Positions 19,413 through 29,144 of a stretch of 60,631 nucleotides of DNA are shown one piece after another; positions within the stretch are counted from its first letter, which is position 1, and each line of letters begins with the position of its first letter. The DNA comes from Promethearchaeota archaeon (GTDB lineage: Archaea > Asgardarchaeota > Lokiarchaeia > Sigyniarchaeales > SOKP01): positions 1-60,631 of the forward strand of contig JAEOSU010000097.1 in assembly GCA_016840165.1 (NCBI GenBank). The letters are read 5' to 3'. The notes beneath the pieces were generated by a model, which was not told the DNA's origin, made no database searches, and saw only the letters and a list, made by a program, of their open reading frames with translations. Position numbers and translations under genes: made by a program.

Positions 19413-20540
19413 TTATTTTTTATAAAATTGCTCTAACAATTCTAAATATTTAATCGCAGTTTTTCGCTTTAATTTCTTCTCAGCCGTTTTTTGCCTAATC
19501 TTTTCTATCATGTACTCTGGATAAAAAGTTTGAGCAGTCGGGTCGGTGAGAAGAAATATCCATTCAATTCCTTTTTGATCTTTAATAATCGTAAGAATAT
19601 TATCTTTCTCAAGTACGCTTAACATTTCTTTAATTTCATCAAATGTCTCTCCGGGGCTCTTAGGAATCTTATTAATGGGATATGCTTTTTCTCTGAAGAG
19701 CGTAATGAAATCATATTTATCGGGATTAATCATATTATATGCTATTTTAAGGTTATCCTCATATGTAGGAGTATACTTTGAAAAATAGGCATTTACCTGC
19801 TCAAGATACCTAGTAGCCAAATATGGAGTTGGTAAATTGCTATTTGCATCACCAATAAGTTTTACCGCAGGAACTCTCATAATGGTGAAATCGGAAATAA
19901 GAAATAAGCTTATATCAGAATCACCCTCAATCCAATCTTGTTTAATTAAATCAGTTTTTACAAACGGATCTAAGGTTATTTCAAGATTATATATAGATTT
20001 TGCTAATTTTTCTTCTAAAATATTTCGCAAATCATTTCGCGAGTAGGCACTTTCTCTCAGTACTTCAAGAATGGCCCTTCCTTTTTCACTGGTAAAGATC
20101 TGAGCCATCCTTTGCTCTTTACTCAAATTCTTTAGTCGTTCTAAAAGAAAGAGAGAATTTTTAATATAATCCTTTAACTCTTCAGTAATATCATAACTTC
20201 TTGACGGTTCATTAGTAATTGCATTTAGATAAGTTAGAATGTTAGAGTTAATTTCTGATATCACCATCTCTCCGAAAATTTCGGGATCTTCATCTAAATC
20301 AAGCATTAAATTGATCATAAATGGAATAGTGGCGTCCATCCCTGTGAAATAACTAGCAACATTGGAGTGTGCTTTCTCTAATCGAACTAAAACATTTCCA
20401 GCTTCAGCAGCTCCAGTAATATGTGCATAAAAAATTCTCATCATATCATCCAAATCTACTTCTAAAGTTTCAGGATAACTGAGTTGAAGTGCTAACCCTT
20501 GATCTTCCGTCCATTTGGTAATAACATATCCTTTAGTCAT
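19413..20540 (-). CDS. hypothetical protein with an N-terminal longin-like domain and winged-helix segments
   Basis: MTKGYVITKWTEDQGLALQLSYP resembles the N-termini of 35779-36999 and 38676-39992. Confidence 0.55.
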   Translation of the reverse strand: MTKGYVITKWTEDQGLALQLSYPETLEVDLDDMMRIFYAHITGAAEAGNVLVRLEKAHSNVASYFTGMDATIPFMINLMLDLDEDPEIFGEMVISEINSNILTYLNAITNEPSRSYDITEELKDYIKNSLFLLERLKNLSKEQRMAQIFTSEKGRAILEVLRESAYSRNDLRNILEEKLAKSIYNLEITLDPFVKTDLIKQDWIEGDSDISLFLISDFTIMRVPAVKLIGDANSNLPTPYLATRYLEQVNAYFSKYTPTYEDNLKIAYNMINPDKYDFITLFREKAYPINKIPKSPGETFDEIKEMLSVLEKDNILTIIKDQKGIEWIFLLTDPTAQTFYPEYMIEKIRQKTAEKKLKRKTAIKYLELLEQFYKK

Positions 20541-20559
20541 TTATTAATCAAACCTCTAT

Positions 20560-22173
20560 TTATTTTAACTTCTTATTTTCTAAATCTATAATTTGCTTAC
20601 TATTTTCAAAATTGAGATTAATTAATTTTTCACGAGACGTAATAGTGAAAGGTTTCAATTTCTTTTCTTTTCTAATCTTCTTTCTCAATTTTCTTACTTT
20701 TCTGATCATCGGTGGATATTTAAAATGAAATTGATATAAACTAAATATTCCTATAAGACCTACTAGTGAAGCAGTTAATATGTAAACTAGCCAAATCCAT
20801 TCTTCCCCTTCCGTTATAGGGGCATCTGGTTCTATAATAATATAAGATAGAATAAGGGAAACATCATCAATAGAAATTTCTCTTGTATTATTTAAAGCGA
20901 AGTTATCGGCCATATATACTTGTAAAGAAAGATTTACATCATCAGTAATTAAATTTGTAATATCAAAACCTCCCACTTTTGCTTCTTGAAATGAATTTGT
21001 TGCTGAACTCAATTTTATTGTTTCTGAATGTTTATTTTCATTAATTAAAATCTGAATTTCTGAATTTGGTGAGGTCTCTGGCCACGTCTGATTAATTTTA
21101 TATCTAAAGTTAAGTCTTGCATCAGCTACTATAACAGAATAATTACTAATATCGCTAATTCTTTTACATATTTGATTCCAGGCCACACTAGACCTCTGAT
21201 TTATTTTTTTCTCATAATTGAATGTTAAATTACAGTTTTTTATTAATAACGAATAATAAGTATCCCTATCTGCTTGACCATAGTTATCTTCACAATCAAT
21301 ATCAATTCCTAAAATTACTGTAAAATTTTGATAATCATATTCAAAAACTCTATTCATAAAATAATTTAAAACATCTTCTGATACTGTTGTCATATAAGTA
21401 TCATTTAAGTTATTAATAGAGCCATAGTTAATATTCGCGTCCAATGAACCATTTCCTAGGTAAATTGGCTCATAATAAGCTGCTTCATAGCGTATTTTAT
21501 CCTCTAAATTTGTAAGCTGAACATAAAATTTAGTGTGATCATTCTCTGCACGTGTAGGATTTGTTCCAGTCAGGGTATCATTTGGCGTTTCTACATTATA
21601 ATTAGCGCTTCCGTTTATGATTGCGACTAGGTCAGATGAAGTAATAATATAATCATTCATATCATAAGGCATTTGAATTTTTCTTTTCCAAAGAACACTT
21701 GGGCGATTTCGAGTTTGATTACCTGGAACTCCATATAAATTATTCCCAGAACCCTCCCAGTATTCATGGGATGCATTACATCCATACTCACTTATTTCAA
21801 ATAAATCGGGATAAATAGATTCTTCAGCTTTTTTCAAGGGTGCCCAATCACTATTTTGAGGCGTTCCATTAACCTCCGAGAAATATTTATTTTCTCCATA
21901 GACTAAAAATTTTCCTTCTTGTCCAATAATAGCCGCACTAAGATCGGCAGGATCTCCCAAACTCCCTATATTGTAGAACCATGAATCGGCAGTTGTAAAA
22001 TTGTTATTTGCAACCCATTCTTCTTCAAAGAACTCTTCTGAAGCGGTTCTAATTTTCACATGGTTAGAAAACTCTACATTGGAATTGGGGTATTCAAAAT
22101 TTATAAAAGGTATGAGAATGAAACTAAAAATGAATAATATTAACAGATATTGCTTTATCTTTTTTGAAATCAT
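20560..22173 (-). CDS. secreted, C-terminally anchored surface (glyco)protein
   Basis: N-terminal signal/TM, many NxS/T sequons, beta-rich, C-terminal TM then HFKYPPMIRKVRKLRKK. Confidence 0.8.
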   Translation of the reverse strand: MISKKIKQYLLILFIFSFILIPFINFEYPNSNVEFSNHVKIRTASEEFFEEEWVANNNFTTADSWFYNIGSLGDPADLSAAIIGQEGKFLVYGENKYFSEVNGTPQNSDWAPLKKAEESIYPDLFEISEYGCNASHEYWEGSGNNLYGVPGNQTRNRPSVLWKRKIQMPYDMNDYIITSSDLVAIINGSANYNVETPNDTLTGTNPTRAENDHTKFYVQLTNLEDKIRYEAAYYEPIYLGNGSLDANINYGSINNLNDTYMTTVSEDVLNYFMNRVFEYDYQNFTVILGIDIDCEDNYGQADRDTYYSLLIKNCNLTFNYEKKINQRSSVAWNQICKRISDISNYSVIVADARLNFRYKINQTWPETSPNSEIQILINENKHSETIKLSSATNSFQEAKVGGFDITNLITDDVNLSLQVYMADNFALNNTREISIDDVSLILSYIIIEPDAPITEGEEWIWLVYILTASLVGLIGIFSLYQFHFKYPPMIRKVRKLRKKIRKEKKLKPFTITSREKLINLNFENSKQIIDLENKKLK

Positions 22174-23804
22174 TTATAGCCCCCACTCATTTTATTTGAA
22201 TTAAATTTATTAGCTTTACCATCAATAATCTCTAATTTCGCACTTTTTATATGATCCAAGTACGTATTTTCAATAATCTCTTGACGTTCTTTTAATGAAA
22301 TTGGTTTTACCTTTTTCCCTTTCCGAACCTTCTTTCTTAACTTCCGAACCTTTCTTACTAGAGCAGGATATTTAAAATGTGTTTGATATAATGTAAAAGC
22401 GGTAATAAGTCCTGCAACTCCTATCAATAGAGTATATATGAGCCAAGTATAATCTACTCTTTCTATTATTGGATTAGGTTCAAAAATCGTGTAAGAAACT
22501 ATTAATGAAACATTATCTATTGAAATTGTAATATTATCTGCTAGTCTAAATTCATCAGCTAAATACAATTCAAGTGAAACATTAACATCATCAGTAATTA
22601 AATCAGATACATCTAATCCTCCTATTCTAGCTTGTTGATAAGAACTACTTGCTGAATCTAATCCAATTTGTTCTGGAATCCTATTATTGTTAATTATTAT
22701 TCCTAATTTTGAGTTAGGAGATGAATTTGACGGCCAGTCTTGGTCAATCTTATAATAAAAATTTAAAATAGCGCTATTCACTTCAACTGGATGCTCACTG
22801 ATGTCACTAATTTTATTACCTGCTTGACTCCAAGAGACTGTTGTAAATTGATCAACAATTTTCTCATAGCTAAAAGAAAGATTACATGATTTAATACGTA
22901 AAGAATACCAAGTATCAATTTCAAGGCCACCATAATTATCTTCACAATAAATATCTACTCCTAAGGTTAAAGTAAAATTACGATGGTCTCGACTTAAAAC
23001 ACGACTTAAGAAAAAAGCTAAATCATCATCTTCAAGTGGAGTCATTTGGGTATCAGTTACATTATTTTGACCTCCTCGTCCTGTCCTGCCCCAATTACCA
23101 ATTCCCAAATCTATTGTTTGATTATAAGCAAGTTCATAATTTTCAATATCTTCTAAATCTGACACTAATACGAAAAAACGGGCATGGTCATATTCTGCAG
23201 CGTAGGCACCACCGGGATCCGATAATGTATCATTTGGGGTTTCTAAGTTAATATCTGCCGTTGCGTTAAAGATAGCTGATAGATCTGTAGTAGTTATTAT
23301 ATAGTCGTTCATATCAACTGGCATAGTTATATTTCTTTTCCAATGAATGATAGGATTATTTCGACTTTGATCAACGCTTTCAGAATATTCATTATCTGCC
23401 CAAAAACCATATTCATCAAGACCAGTATTATCGGGAAGAACAGATAAAGTAGATTCTTTCATAGCGAACCATTTCTGGGCAGTTGAGTTGGTGGGAATAC
23501 CTGATACATTATTAAAAATCCTGTTTTCTCCCACAACAATAAAATTGGCTTCTCCTCCTTTAATATTAGCATCTACATCAGATTTGTCCCCTGATTTGCT
23601 TGAAATCCATAATTCCTGAGAATCAAAATATGAATTATTTAACCATTCTTTTGTGTCTTTAACCTCATCTGAAAGATGAATCCCTTCATTTGTTTCGAGA
23701 TTATAGGTGCCAATATTGAGATTCATCAATAATGTTTGAAAAAGAAATGGAAATATCAACAATAATAATAAAATTGCTTTTAATTCTACTTTTTTAAGTT
23801 TCAT
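22170..23804 (-). CDS. secreted, C-terminally anchored surface (glyco)protein, tandem paralogue
   Basis: Same architecture; shared WKR.I.MP.DMNDYIIT, ETPNDTL, G.DI.CEDNYG and HFKYP..RKVRKLRKK. Confidence 0.8.
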   Translation of the reverse strand: MKLKKVELKAILLLLLIFPFLFQTLLMNLNIGTYNLETNEGIHLSDEVKDTKEWLNNSYFDSQELWISSKSGDKSDVDANIKGGEANFIVVGENRIFNNVSGIPTNSTAQKWFAMKESTLSVLPDNTGLDEYGFWADNEYSESVDQSRNNPIIHWKRNITMPVDMNDYIITTTDLSAIFNATADINLETPNDTLSDPGGAYAAEYDHARFFVLVSDLEDIENYELAYNQTIDLGIGNWGRTGRGGQNNVTDTQMTPLEDDDLAFFLSRVLSRDHRNFTLTLGVDIYCEDNYGGLEIDTWYSLRIKSCNLSFSYEKIVDQFTTVSWSQAGNKISDISEHPVEVNSAILNFYYKIDQDWPSNSSPNSKLGIIINNNRIPEQIGLDSASSSYQQARIGGLDVSDLITDDVNVSLELYLADEFRLADNITISIDNVSLIVSYTIFEPNPIIERVDYTWLIYTLLIGVAGLITAFTLYQTHFKYPALVRKVRKLRKKVRKGKKVKPISLKERQEIIENTYLDHIKSAKLEIIDGKANKFNSNKMSGGYK

Positions 23805-23954
23805 GATAACTATTCTATATTTTAATAAAATTAATTTAAACGATTAGAATTCTATTCGACTTTCCACAAAAGCTTGTCATTACATATTATAGATAAATAG
23901 TATAAGTATGGAATATAAAAATCTTCACACTTTGGGTGATATCAATATATCACT

Positions 23955-24758
23955 TTATAATGGTGCTTTTACAAAACCACCATCGACTTGTATAGTAGTG
24001 CCTGTTATATATGATGCTTTCTCGGAGGCTAAAAAAAGGACTAGATTTGCTAATTCTTCGGGCTTGCCTAATCTGCCCAATGGGATTTGTTCAGTCCAGT
24101 TTCTCAAAACTTCTTCTTCATTTTTGTCAGTAGCATGAACAGTAGAAGCAATTAACTCTTTCATTCTATCGGTAAGAGTCGGACCGGGGCAAACCACGTT
24201 TACAAGAATATTATCTTTCGCATATTCATTAGCTAAAGTTTTCGCGAATCCGACAACTCCTAAACGTGTAGTATTTGAGAGGACTAAGTTATCTAATGGC
24301 TGTTTTACCGATACTGAGGTAATAGCAATGATTCTACCAAATTTCTGCTTCTGCATAAAAGGTATAATATTATAAGCAATCCTAATAAAAGAGAGCAAAT
24401 TTAAGTCGATTGAGTTGTTCCAATCTTGTTTAGAGATTTTTTCTATAGGTGCTGAAGGAGGTCCTCCCGCATTGTGTACCAAGATATCTATTCTTCCAAA
24501 TTGTTGAATAGTTTTTCCAACCAAATCTAAAATTTGATCTTCGAAGCGTAAATCTGCGACAATAGGTAGGATTATATTTGAATCAGAAGAAGATCCGTGT
24601 TTTTCGATAAGTTTTTTAGCTTGTATTAAATTCTCTTGCGATCGACTACAGATTATCACATTTGCCCCTTCACGATAAAATCCTTTGGCACAAGCCATCC
24701 CAAGCCCTTTACTTGCAGCTAAAACTAGGGCAACCTTGTCTTTTAATCCTAAATTCAT
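23955..24758 (-). CDS. SDR-family oxidoreductase
   Basis: AASKGLG, NAGGP, SNTTR (atypical catalytic motif), VCPG, ITG..IQVDGG. Confidence 0.93.
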   Translation of the reverse strand: MNLGLKDKVALVLAASKGLGMACAKGFYREGANVIICSRSQENLIQAKKLIEKHGSSSDSNIILPIVADLRFEDQILDLVGKTIQQFGRIDILVHNAGGPPSAPIEKISKQDWNNSIDLNLLSFIRIAYNIIPFMQKQKFGRIIAITSVSVKQPLDNLVLSNTTRLGVVGFAKTLANEYAKDNILVNVVCPGPTLTDRMKELIASTVHATDKNEEEVLRNWTEQIPLGRLGKPEELANLVLFLASEKASYITGTTIQVDGGFVKAPL

Positions 24759-24798
24759 ACTTAATGAAATTGGTTCTTACTATTAAAATCACTCGAAA

Positions 24799-24963
24799 TT
24801 AAGAACTGAACTTCTTAAAATCACTACATTTTAAAAAAAAATGGTTGCATCGCTCGCAATTTTGAGCTTTTGAACATTTTGATGCATGAATGCATTGAAT
24901 AGTCACAGAAGCAGAAAGTTTTACCATTACTCTATGTAATCTCTTCTCAACTTCGTGGCGCAT
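24799..24963 (-). CDS. unannotated 54-aa Cys-rich microprotein
   Basis: Manual translation MRHEVEKRLHRVMVKLSASVTIQCIHASKCSKAQNCERCNHFFLKCSDFKKFSS. Confidence 0.6.
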   Translation of the reverse strand: MRHEVEKRLHRVMVKLSASVTIQCIHASKCSKAQNCERCNHFFLKCSDFKKFSS

Positions 24964-25005
24964 GATTCTCTCTCTTTTTTATCTCTTTGCAAAAATCTCT
25001 AAGAT

Positions 25006-25296
25006 TTATTCAATGATAAAATGTGGTTTGTGCTTATCTCTTAACCCTTTTATTTTCAAAAGCAAATCAATCTCTGATATCAACCAACATAAAATTTCGT
25101 ATGCTGGTTGCGTTTGATATATCTTTATAGCTCTGTCCTTAATTGAATTTTGATCCGCTTTTTGAAAGTTATTTTGAAGGTATAGTTGCCTATCTGCGAG
25201 CATCCAACATAAATCATCATATGAATTTCCCTTTTCCGCAAGATAATAAGCTGCAACACTTATATCTTGCTTGATATCATCATTATAATTAAACAT
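25006..25296 (-). CDS. small protein with two internal DUF2934-like repeats
   Basis: IS.AAYYLAE...YDDLCWMLAD and IKDRA..IYQ...YEILCWLISE. Confidence 0.7.
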   Translation of the reverse strand: MFNYNDDIKQDISVAAYYLAEKGNSYDDLCWMLADRQLYLQNNFQKADQNSIKDRAIKIYQTQPAYEILCWLISEIDLLLKIKGLRDKHKPHFIIE

Positions 25297-25349
25297 ACAA
25301 ATCTCAAAAGTGATATAGATATGTTTTGTAAAAAATGTAATTATTCCAC

Positions 25350-26852
25350 TTATATATTTTTTTTAAGATTTTTCTTTTTAAATTCTGAATATTTAGCCAA
25401 AGCGTTAAAACACTTGACGGGCATATCCCATAGTTCAAAAACTGGAATGTTAGCTTTAATAAATTCTCTTACCCATGGATTATGATAACCTTGAGGACCA
25501 ATATAAAAAATGGGGACCCTTTTTTTCATTATAAGTCGTTGAATTGGTTTCAAATAAATATTCTTCATCATTTCATTGGAAATCTCAAATTCATCATAGG
25601 CTTTACCCCCAGAACTTTTAATAATATCTAAAACCTCTTCGAATCCAAATACAGCATACAATATTATTCCATCTAATTCTCCTGAATTAATTAATAATTT
25701 AGGAATTTTAATGTATAAATTATATTGATTGAATTGAAAAGTGAGATCTAAAGGATTATCAATATTCGCTACTTCGGGTACATATTTTTTTAATCTTAAT
25801 TTTAAATCATCTGAAAACTCGGGAACTTGCAAGCCCATCTTTTCAGCGGCTTTAGCCATCATCGCACCGCATCCTCCAGAATCAGTGATAATCCCTAATC
25901 TCTTTCCGTGAGGGATGATTCCACTCGAAAACGTTCTTAAATAATACATCCAATCTTTTATTGAAATGGTTGAAATAATGCCCGTATCTTGAAATACAGA
26001 CTCAAATATTCTATCATTTCCTGCGATTGCACCTGTATGACCTCTAATTGATCGTGTTGCAGCTTCAGTCCCTCCCGCATAAATCCCAATGATTGGTTTC
26101 TCGTTAATAACCTTTTTAGCAAGATTAATAAACTCCCTCCCTCTTTTTAGTTCTTCTATATAAATTCCAATAACGCTAGTTTGCGGATCATTCCTAAAAA
26201 AATCTAAAAAATCAACAGTATCAATATTATCTTCATTTCCAATTGACACTGCCTTTCCAATTTTAACGCCCATCTCTCTACATATCCAAAAAATATGGGA
26301 AGCAACCGTACCAGATTGGGCTATTATTGAAATATTACCTCTTTCTGGGGTTGCATAAATCCACATGGTGTTTAAACTAGTATCCTTATATTCAGGATAT
26401 CTATACCAAGAATTATATACCCCGAGACAATTAGGACCAATAAATCTAATGTCATATTTAGCTGCAATCTGAGCTACTTTCTTATTCAGGTCAACATTTC
26501 CGACTTCTCTAAATCCCCCAGAAGTTATTATAGCATACTTTATACCCTTTTGTCCACATTCCTCTAAAACTTGAGGCACAATTTTTGGTCGTAGAATTAT
26601 CAAGGCTAATTCAGGGATTTCTGATAATTCTAATACATTTTCATAAGCTTTTAAAGCTTGAATTTCTTTTAGTTTTGGATGTATCGGAAAAATCTTATTT
26701 TTTGGAAACCCACCAAAAATTATATTCCTAAGTTGCATTGCTCCCATTGTTGAGAGAAATTCATTGTTAGCTCCAAAAACACAAATACTTTCCGGATTTA
26801 AAAAAGGGTAAAGAAAATGTTTATTTAAAAGATTTTCCTTAAATTCTGTCAA
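25350..26852 (-). CDS. acdA: acyl-CoA synthetase (NDP-forming) alpha subunit
   Basis: CoA-binding fold, GPNCLG, AQSG, GHTGAIAG (phospho-His), NPLDL. Confidence 0.9.
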   Translation of the reverse strand: MTEFKENLLNKHFLYPFLNPESICVFGANNEFLSTMGAMQLRNIIFGGFPKNKIFPIHPKLKEIQALKAYENVLELSEIPELALIILRPKIVPQVLEECGQKGIKYAIITSGGFREVGNVDLNKKVAQIAAKYDIRFIGPNCLGVYNSWYRYPEYKDTSLNTMWIYATPERGNISIIAQSGTVASHIFWICREMGVKIGKAVSIGNEDNIDTVDFLDFFRNDPQTSVIGIYIEELKRGREFINLAKKVINEKPIIGIYAGGTEAATRSIRGHTGAIAGNDRIFESVFQDTGIISTISIKDWMYYLRTFSSGIIPHGKRLGIITDSGGCGAMMAKAAEKMGLQVPEFSDDLKLRLKKYVPEVANIDNPLDLTFQFNQYNLYIKIPKLLINSGELDGIILYAVFGFEEVLDIIKSSGGKAYDEFEISNEMMKNIYLKPIQRLIMKKRVPIFYIGPQGYHNPWVREFIKANIPVFELWDMPVKCFNALAKYSEFKKKNLKKNI

Positions 26853-26961
26853 TTTTCAAACCTATAAATGTGATTAATATTAAATTGGAAAATTATTATA
26901 ATAATTTAATTTTGATTTTTAATGATACTATATAACTTCTTAAAAATTATTTTTTACTCAT

Positions 26962-28359
26962 ATGTCCGTTAAATCAAACAGTTTAGACTTTTTTTTTAAT
27001 CCTAAAACAGTGGCAATTATTGGAGCATCTGAATCCTTGAAATTTGGATATACCATGACTAACTATCTTTTAAAATCTTCATTCAAAACATATCCAGTAA
27101 ATATAAGCAAAGAAAAGATTTTTGGATATAAAGCCTATAAAAGGATCTCTGATATTCCAGAACAAATAGAGCTAGCTATTATTATTGTGCCTAATGAAAA
27201 TGTACTAGAGGCTATAAAGGATTGTATAAAAAGCAATGTAAAAGGAATTATCATTGAAACTGCAGGTTTTGCAGAAACGGGAATAGAAAAATATGTCCAA
27301 ATTCAACATGAGATTGAGGAAATAGCTAAAACTGCTAATATCAGAATAATCGGTCCAAATTGTGTAGGAATTACTAATTTCAATAATAATTTCACAACCA
27401 CCGATGTAGAATTTGATAAACTGCTAGAAGGAGGCAAAATTTCGATTATTGCTCAATCTGGGGTGCTAGGGAACGTTGTTGTAGATTGGGCTTCAAGTCA
27501 AAAAGTTGCGTTTGCTAAATCAATAACCTTTGGTAATAAAGTAGATGTGGACGAAATTGATATGTTAGAGTATTTAGAAAATGATCCATATACAAAAGTT
27601 ATCACTCTTTACCTTGAAGGAGTTAAGAAAGGAAGAAAATTAATTGAAATTCTAAAACGAGTGACCAAACCTGTAATTGTATTAAAAAATGGACGGAGTA
27701 AAGCTGGTTTTAACGCGATTAAAAGTCATACTGGTTCAATAGCGGGGGATGATAAAATTTACGACGCAATCTTTAAACAACTCCCGGGTGTATTTAGAGT
27801 AGATAATTTTTACGAGATGTTTGATATTGCCCAAATATTCGCAACTCAACCATTACCTAATGGAAAAAATGTTGCAATTATAACTGCTTCTGGAAGTTTA
27901 GGTTCCTTAGCATGTGATCAAATTGAGCAAATTGGTTTAAATTTAGCTCCCTTAAAAAAATCGACTATAGAGCAAATGAAAAAAGATTCACCAAACTGGA
28001 CTTCTTTAAGAAATCCAATAGATCTAGGTCCTTCTGTATTTGCAACTTTCAAACCTGCTCTCACAGCGTTAATGAACGATGAGAATGTTCACGCAGTATT
28101 ATATATCTTCGCAGTTCCCCAAAAACCTTTAGAGACATTTTCTTTAACAATGATTCCCCAATTTCGACTCATAAATAAACTTGTAACCAAATTTAAAAAG
28201 CCAGTAACAATTTGTGTATTTGGATCACGCTGGACATTGGATTATCTCTTAGAAGAGTCACCAAAATATAATATTCCCATAATGACAAGAACAGATCACG
28301 CACTCAAAGGACTAAAAATGATGTACGATTTCAAAGCTATAAAAGAACGTAAAATTTGA
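26962..28359 (+). CDS. acdA: acyl-CoA synthetase (NDP-forming) alpha subunit
   Basis: PKTVAIIGAS, GPNCVG, AQSG, SHTGSIAG, NPIDL. Confidence 0.9.
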   Translation: MSVKSNSLDFFFNPKTVAIIGASESLKFGYTMTNYLLKSSFKTYPVNISKEKIFGYKAYKRISDIPEQIELAIIIVPNENVLEAIKDCIKSNVKGIIIETAGFAETGIEKYVQIQHEIEEIAKTANIRIIGPNCVGITNFNNNFTTTDVEFDKLLEGGKISIIAQSGVLGNVVVDWASSQKVAFAKSITFGNKVDVDEIDMLEYLENDPYTKVITLYLEGVKKGRKLIEILKRVTKPVIVLKNGRSKAGFNAIKSHTGSIAGDDKIYDAIFKQLPGVFRVDNFYEMFDIAQIFATQPLPNGKNVAIITASGSLGSLACDQIEQIGLNLAPLKKSTIEQMKKDSPNWTSLRNPIDLGPSVFATFKPALTALMNDENVHAVLYIFAVPQKPLETFSLTMIPQFRLINKLVTKFKKPVTICVFGSRWTLDYLLEESPKYNIPIMTRTDHALKGLKMMYDFKAIKERKI

Positions 28360-28374
28360 AATAAAATAAGGTTT

Positions 28375-29124
28375 TTAAAGGTTTAACTTATTAATTTGAA
28401 TCTTAAATTTATTACTTTGTATATTAGGAATGCTAAGCAAAGAGCCATTTGGGATTTCTAATGCTTTAGAACTAAGAGGAGTTGTACTAATCAAGATTCT
28501 ATTTAGTATCTTTTCAATGAATACTGTTGTATGCCGTCCATTAAAACTATCATTTTGATATTTAATTATATGGCATTCATTTAAATTGAATAGGAAAGCG
28601 TTAGCAGCACTATTTACGTGGATATTCTTTAAAGTTAATTCTATTGCGTTTTTTATACTGTTTTGAGATTTTAAATGATCCAATATCGTACATAGGTATC
28701 TTCTGGTATCTAAATCAGAATTATTTTGAATATATTGAAGATTGTTATCGTTTAAAACCGGAAATGAGCTCATTTTGATTGTACCATTGTGAGCAAGACA
28801 AAAGCTATCTCCTACACAAATTGGATGTACATTAGCTAATGTCTTCTTTCCAAAAAGAGTTTTTCTTGCATGAATCAAAAGAAATCGCGTTTTTATTTTT
28901 GCTAAATCTTGCCACTTACAATTATAAATCGGATGTAAAGTTCTTCTTATTATAAGTTTTTTAGAGTCAATTGGAATATACGCAAATCCCCATCCTACTC
29001 CATGGTGTCCAAATATATCATATTTTTTTAAATAATTCCAATGGCATGATTGTATGAATTTCTTTAAAACCTCAATTGGTATATTATTAGGTTGAAGTGA
29101 ATAATGAATAAGCATTCGACACAT
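28375..29124 (-). CDS. class II (Ntn) glutamine amidotransferase-like protein (YafJ/EgtC-like)
   Basis: N-terminal MCR, H.GWG, HARK, NVHP, HNG. Confidence 0.88.
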   Translation of the reverse strand: MCRMLIHYSLQPNNIPIEVLKKFIQSCHWNYLKKYDIFGHHGVGWGFAYIPIDSKKLIIRRTLHPIYNCKWQDLAKIKTRFLLIHARKTLFGKKTLANVHPICVGDSFCLAHNGTIKMSSFPVLNDNNLQYIQNNSDLDTRRYLCTILDHLKSQNSIKNAIELTLKNIHVNSAANAFLFNLNECHIIKYQNDSFNGRHTTVFIEKILNRILISTTPLSSKALEIPNGSLLSIPNIQSNKFKIQINKLNL

Positions 29125-29144
29125 AAGCTAAATTCCTAACTCAT

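Noticed and set aside
20560-23804. Surface proteins as substrates of the archaeosortase at 4059-4985
   Set aside because: No PGF/PEF/IPG-type motif before the TM helix, and the tails are long; the link is unsupported
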